Shown here: one piece after another, positions 47,806 through 50,309 of the stretch
Numbering within the stretch: the first letter of the stretch is position 1
Layout of the letters: the number at the start of each line of letters is the position of its first letter
Assembly (NCBI GenBank): GCA_051942205.1
Contig: JAVECO010000065.1
Coordinates: forward strand, 62,001 to 112,309
Reading direction: 5' to 3'
Origin: Coniocarpon cinnabarinum
Taxonomy: Eukaryota
Length of the DNA: 50,309 bases
The notes under the pieces: generated by a model
Seen by the model: the letters and a program-made list of their open reading frames with translations, nothing else
The model's database searches: none
Told to the model about the DNA's origin: nothing
Program-made: the position numbers and the translations under genes

Positions 47806-49538
47806 CTACGAACTGGATTGTGGACTTATTGTGCGAAATGCAGTTTGCAAGATTCCACCTGTGAACGCAATACTGCTACCGTGGCTTCCAACACCTTCGA
47901 GGGCGACCAAAAATGGGGCCGCCGAAAGAGGCAAGAGGTAGGTGAAGATCGCGACACGGCTCGGAAGCGAACGGCAGTCCGTCTTCGTTGACATGGATAT
48001 GTCGCGAGGTAATCCTATCGTAAGAGTCGTCTTATCTTGCTTGCTTAGAAGCAGGACGTGCTTGGCTGGAACTGGGGCGCGCGCGATGTCGTGGCACTGT
48101 TAAGTGAGAGAAGATACCCGCTCGGGTTATGCTGAGACCTCTGCAGCCTCGCCTTTAATACTGAACGAGACTTCCGACCACAAGGAATGCCTCTGTGCTC
48201 AAGAGCGTGACTTTGCAAGGTCACGACACCGCAATGCACGAAGTTGGTCTCCAGAATTGGCGTTCTGGATTCATTGCGTTCGTGGTTACGCATTCAACTA
48301 CAGGCAAAGGCTGAACCCACACCCATGCGATTCCACTCCAAGAACAGGATCTGATTTTATGTTGGATGTTCAGGATGCCGGATGGTGCCGGCCTGAACCT
48401 CCAACACAAACGAAGCAGGAGACAAGAGTCCGACACACAGCAATATTCAAAGCGCCAGACGGTGACTAGACACGCAAGTCCTCTTCCTTGACCTTGCTAC
48501 TCTTTACAGCTTGCTCAATGATCCCTTGACTATCACTGTCAATGGCAATGATCGCTGTTTTCTCGTCTTCTGTGTCTTTAACACGCCAGGCACAGCGAAT
48601 CCAAGGATGTGGCCAGACTGAGCTCTTATTAACGTCAATGCTATGGATGCCCATGGCTCTGCGCAATGTGTCAATCAAGTTCGTTAGTCCGCGTCATTGA
48701 CACGGTCTGCATCATGGACGTTGCTCAGTGGTGATCGGGAGGAAGCCTCGTGACGGATTGGACTTACATGACAATGATATCGCCGACCACATGTACCCCT
48801 TTCGCTTTCATATATTCGTGGATGCGCTGATCAAAGCCTTTTGGCAAGCTAATTCGAGGTTGTCGCCAGTTTCCCAAGATGGCTGCCATGTTGTGTCGAC
48901 GGTGCTGACTCCGTGATGAAGCGACAACGGATGCTGCTGTCGTGAAAGGTGAAGTCGGCCTGTTCTCGCACTAGCAAGCTGGTGGGATGAAAACCGCATT
49001 CTCCGCGATTAGTTAAATGCTATCCCAGCTGTGCTTAATCGAGGAAGCGACATCGAGTTGCCACGTCTACACGACCAATGTGATACACGAATAACGACCA
49101 CGCGGCTCTTCGGTATCTCGACCCTTGCTGACACGAACCACACCATAACCAAGTGAGTCTGGTTTGTAACATAACATGACCGGGCGCTACATCAATACGA
49201 GTCCGGCGAGGACACGCAACAGCAAGGATAGCTATTCCGGATCAGTAAGCACATGTCAGCCATGTCACCATAGTGAAGCCCAGGTACCTCCTTGTTTGTT
49301 TCAGCCCTGATCATCCGTAGCGCAATTCAATGCAAGTACTCTGCGCGACGTCACTAGTTCGCCCTCGTTTGTTGAAATGGCCTGTTCATTCAGCCATGAA
49401 AGTGAGGAGAGCTGCAATCTGTGCCAATGACACACTTCACCCGCTTTGCTAAGCTTCTAAGAACCGTCTGTTCTCACGATTGCATGTATGCTCTGCATCC
49501 TCGTAAAATGTTGAGCATGTCTCAATGTTTATGGACAC

Positions 49539-49808
49539 ATGTCCTCCTTCATCCAAGAATCCAAGAATCATCACAGCCATCCGACGTTCTACTATGCGCC
49601 TTTCTTCAGACAACGTATCGCAATGTTGTTTCTCACGCTCACCGTCTTAATAGTAGTCTACGCAACCGTCATTTTCCCTCACATTATTCCATCTCTCTCA
49701 GTTGCTCCTCCTAATACTTCTCACACGTCAACCTTCAGACCGTCCACTAACCACTATGTTCCACACGCTCACTATTTCCACCATCGTGCATTCTCAAGCG
49801 CCCCCTGA
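49539..49808 (+). CDS. Possible small single-pass membrane protein (89 aa)
   Basis: ATG-initiated ORF with one hydrophobic stretch (IAMLFLTLTVLIVVYATVIF) and a His/Ser/Thr-rich tail; no homology evidence. Confidence 0.25.
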   Translation: MSSFIQESKNHHSHPTFYYAPFFRQRIAMLFLTLTVLIVVYATVIFPHIIPSLSVAPPNTSHTSTFRPSTNHYVPHAHYFHHRAFSSAP

Positions 49809-49832
49809 CTAGAGACAACGCTCTCAATAGCT

Positions 49833-49870
49833 GCTCCCCTAATGCTCCCCTAATGCCCCCCTAATGCCCC
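49833..49870. repeat. 11-bp tandem repeat GC(T/C)CCCCTAAT, about 3.5 copies
   Basis: gctcccctaat gctcccctaat gcccccctaat gcccc, read directly from the sequence. Confidence 0.85.
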
Positions 49871-50309
49871 TTCAACGCAACTCCAAATTCATCCTCTCCC
49901 CATTCAGAAACCCACATCGAAAGCTCTCCTCACAACTACCTCTACCTCTCTGTAGTCCTGGATATATGTTTTCAAAAGCTTCCCATTTAGTAACACTTCC
50001 ACCAATGCGACTGAACACGCTACTCTGTATTTCCTTCTAATGCGTCATATGCGTCATAGAGGGAGTACGTCCATGAGGCTTGATACCTTTAAGACGTGGT
50101 GTCTAGTACTCTCTTCTTCTGCGACTATCTATCTACCTGATAGCTTATCTACCGAATAGCTTAATATGATGTTGTGCCTTTCTGATATCCCGTTATATGA
50201 TGGTTCTTATCACTTCCTGAACTGTTATGCTAGGACGCCTGTATCGCTACTTCACTATTATCCTTTTTTAATTATCTCATTCATGGGATGGTGGGTGGGG
50301 GAGGTGGTG
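49871..50309. other. AT/TpA-enriched, ORF-free segment; possible RIP-decayed repeat or gene relic running off the window
   Basis: No ORF of 60 aa or more in the track; frequent TAG/TAA/CTA/TTA; 9-bp tandem duplication TGCGTCATA at 50041-50058. Confidence 0.35.

Noticed and set aside
49833..49870. CCCTAA hexamers as telomeric repeats
   Set aside because: They are interrupted units of an 11-mer and are in the wrong orientation for a telomere to the right.
1..50309. CRISPR arrays, rRNA genes, intact transposons or a secondary-metabolite cluster
   Set aside because: No repeat-spacer array, rRNA-like sequence, transposase/RT motifs, terminal repeats or PKS/NRPS/terpene backbone gene was seen.

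Overview
Gene-dense genomic DNA from a filamentous ascomycete (Pezizomycotina-type short GT-AG introns with CTAAC/CTGAC branch points; species not identifiable from sequence alone). Conserved genes from left to right: KU80, a TMEM205/DUF4149 protein, an NT-C2 protein, TAD1, TEF1 (eEF1A), MED10, EFM4, an SLS1-like protein, an EFM7/NNT1-family methyltransferase, a WW protein, a Whi5/Nrm1-like protein, an SLC35F6-like transporter, an ankyrin protein, an SGNH/CE16-like protein, a GH64 glucanase and RPC11. Orphan-rich stretches lie at about 10.5-15.3, 21-27, 31.7-36.7 and 47-50 kb. Manual splicing recovers elements the ORF track hides or fragments: (1) an intact six-exon V8/glutamyl-endopeptidase-like serine protease with no signal peptide (34451-35620); (2) three long ORFs that join into one 1517-aa zinc-finger/SH3/membrane-anchored protein (21159-25989); (3) a candidate box H/ACA snoRNA in an enlarged RPC11 intron; (4) a tandem pair of diverged orphan paralogues; (5) an SGNH protein with substituted catalytic residues; (6) an acyltransferase pseudogene. 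TEF1 also lies within about 13 kb of two methyltransferases from families that modify eEF1A. All family assignments come from motif recognition by eye; no database search was run.
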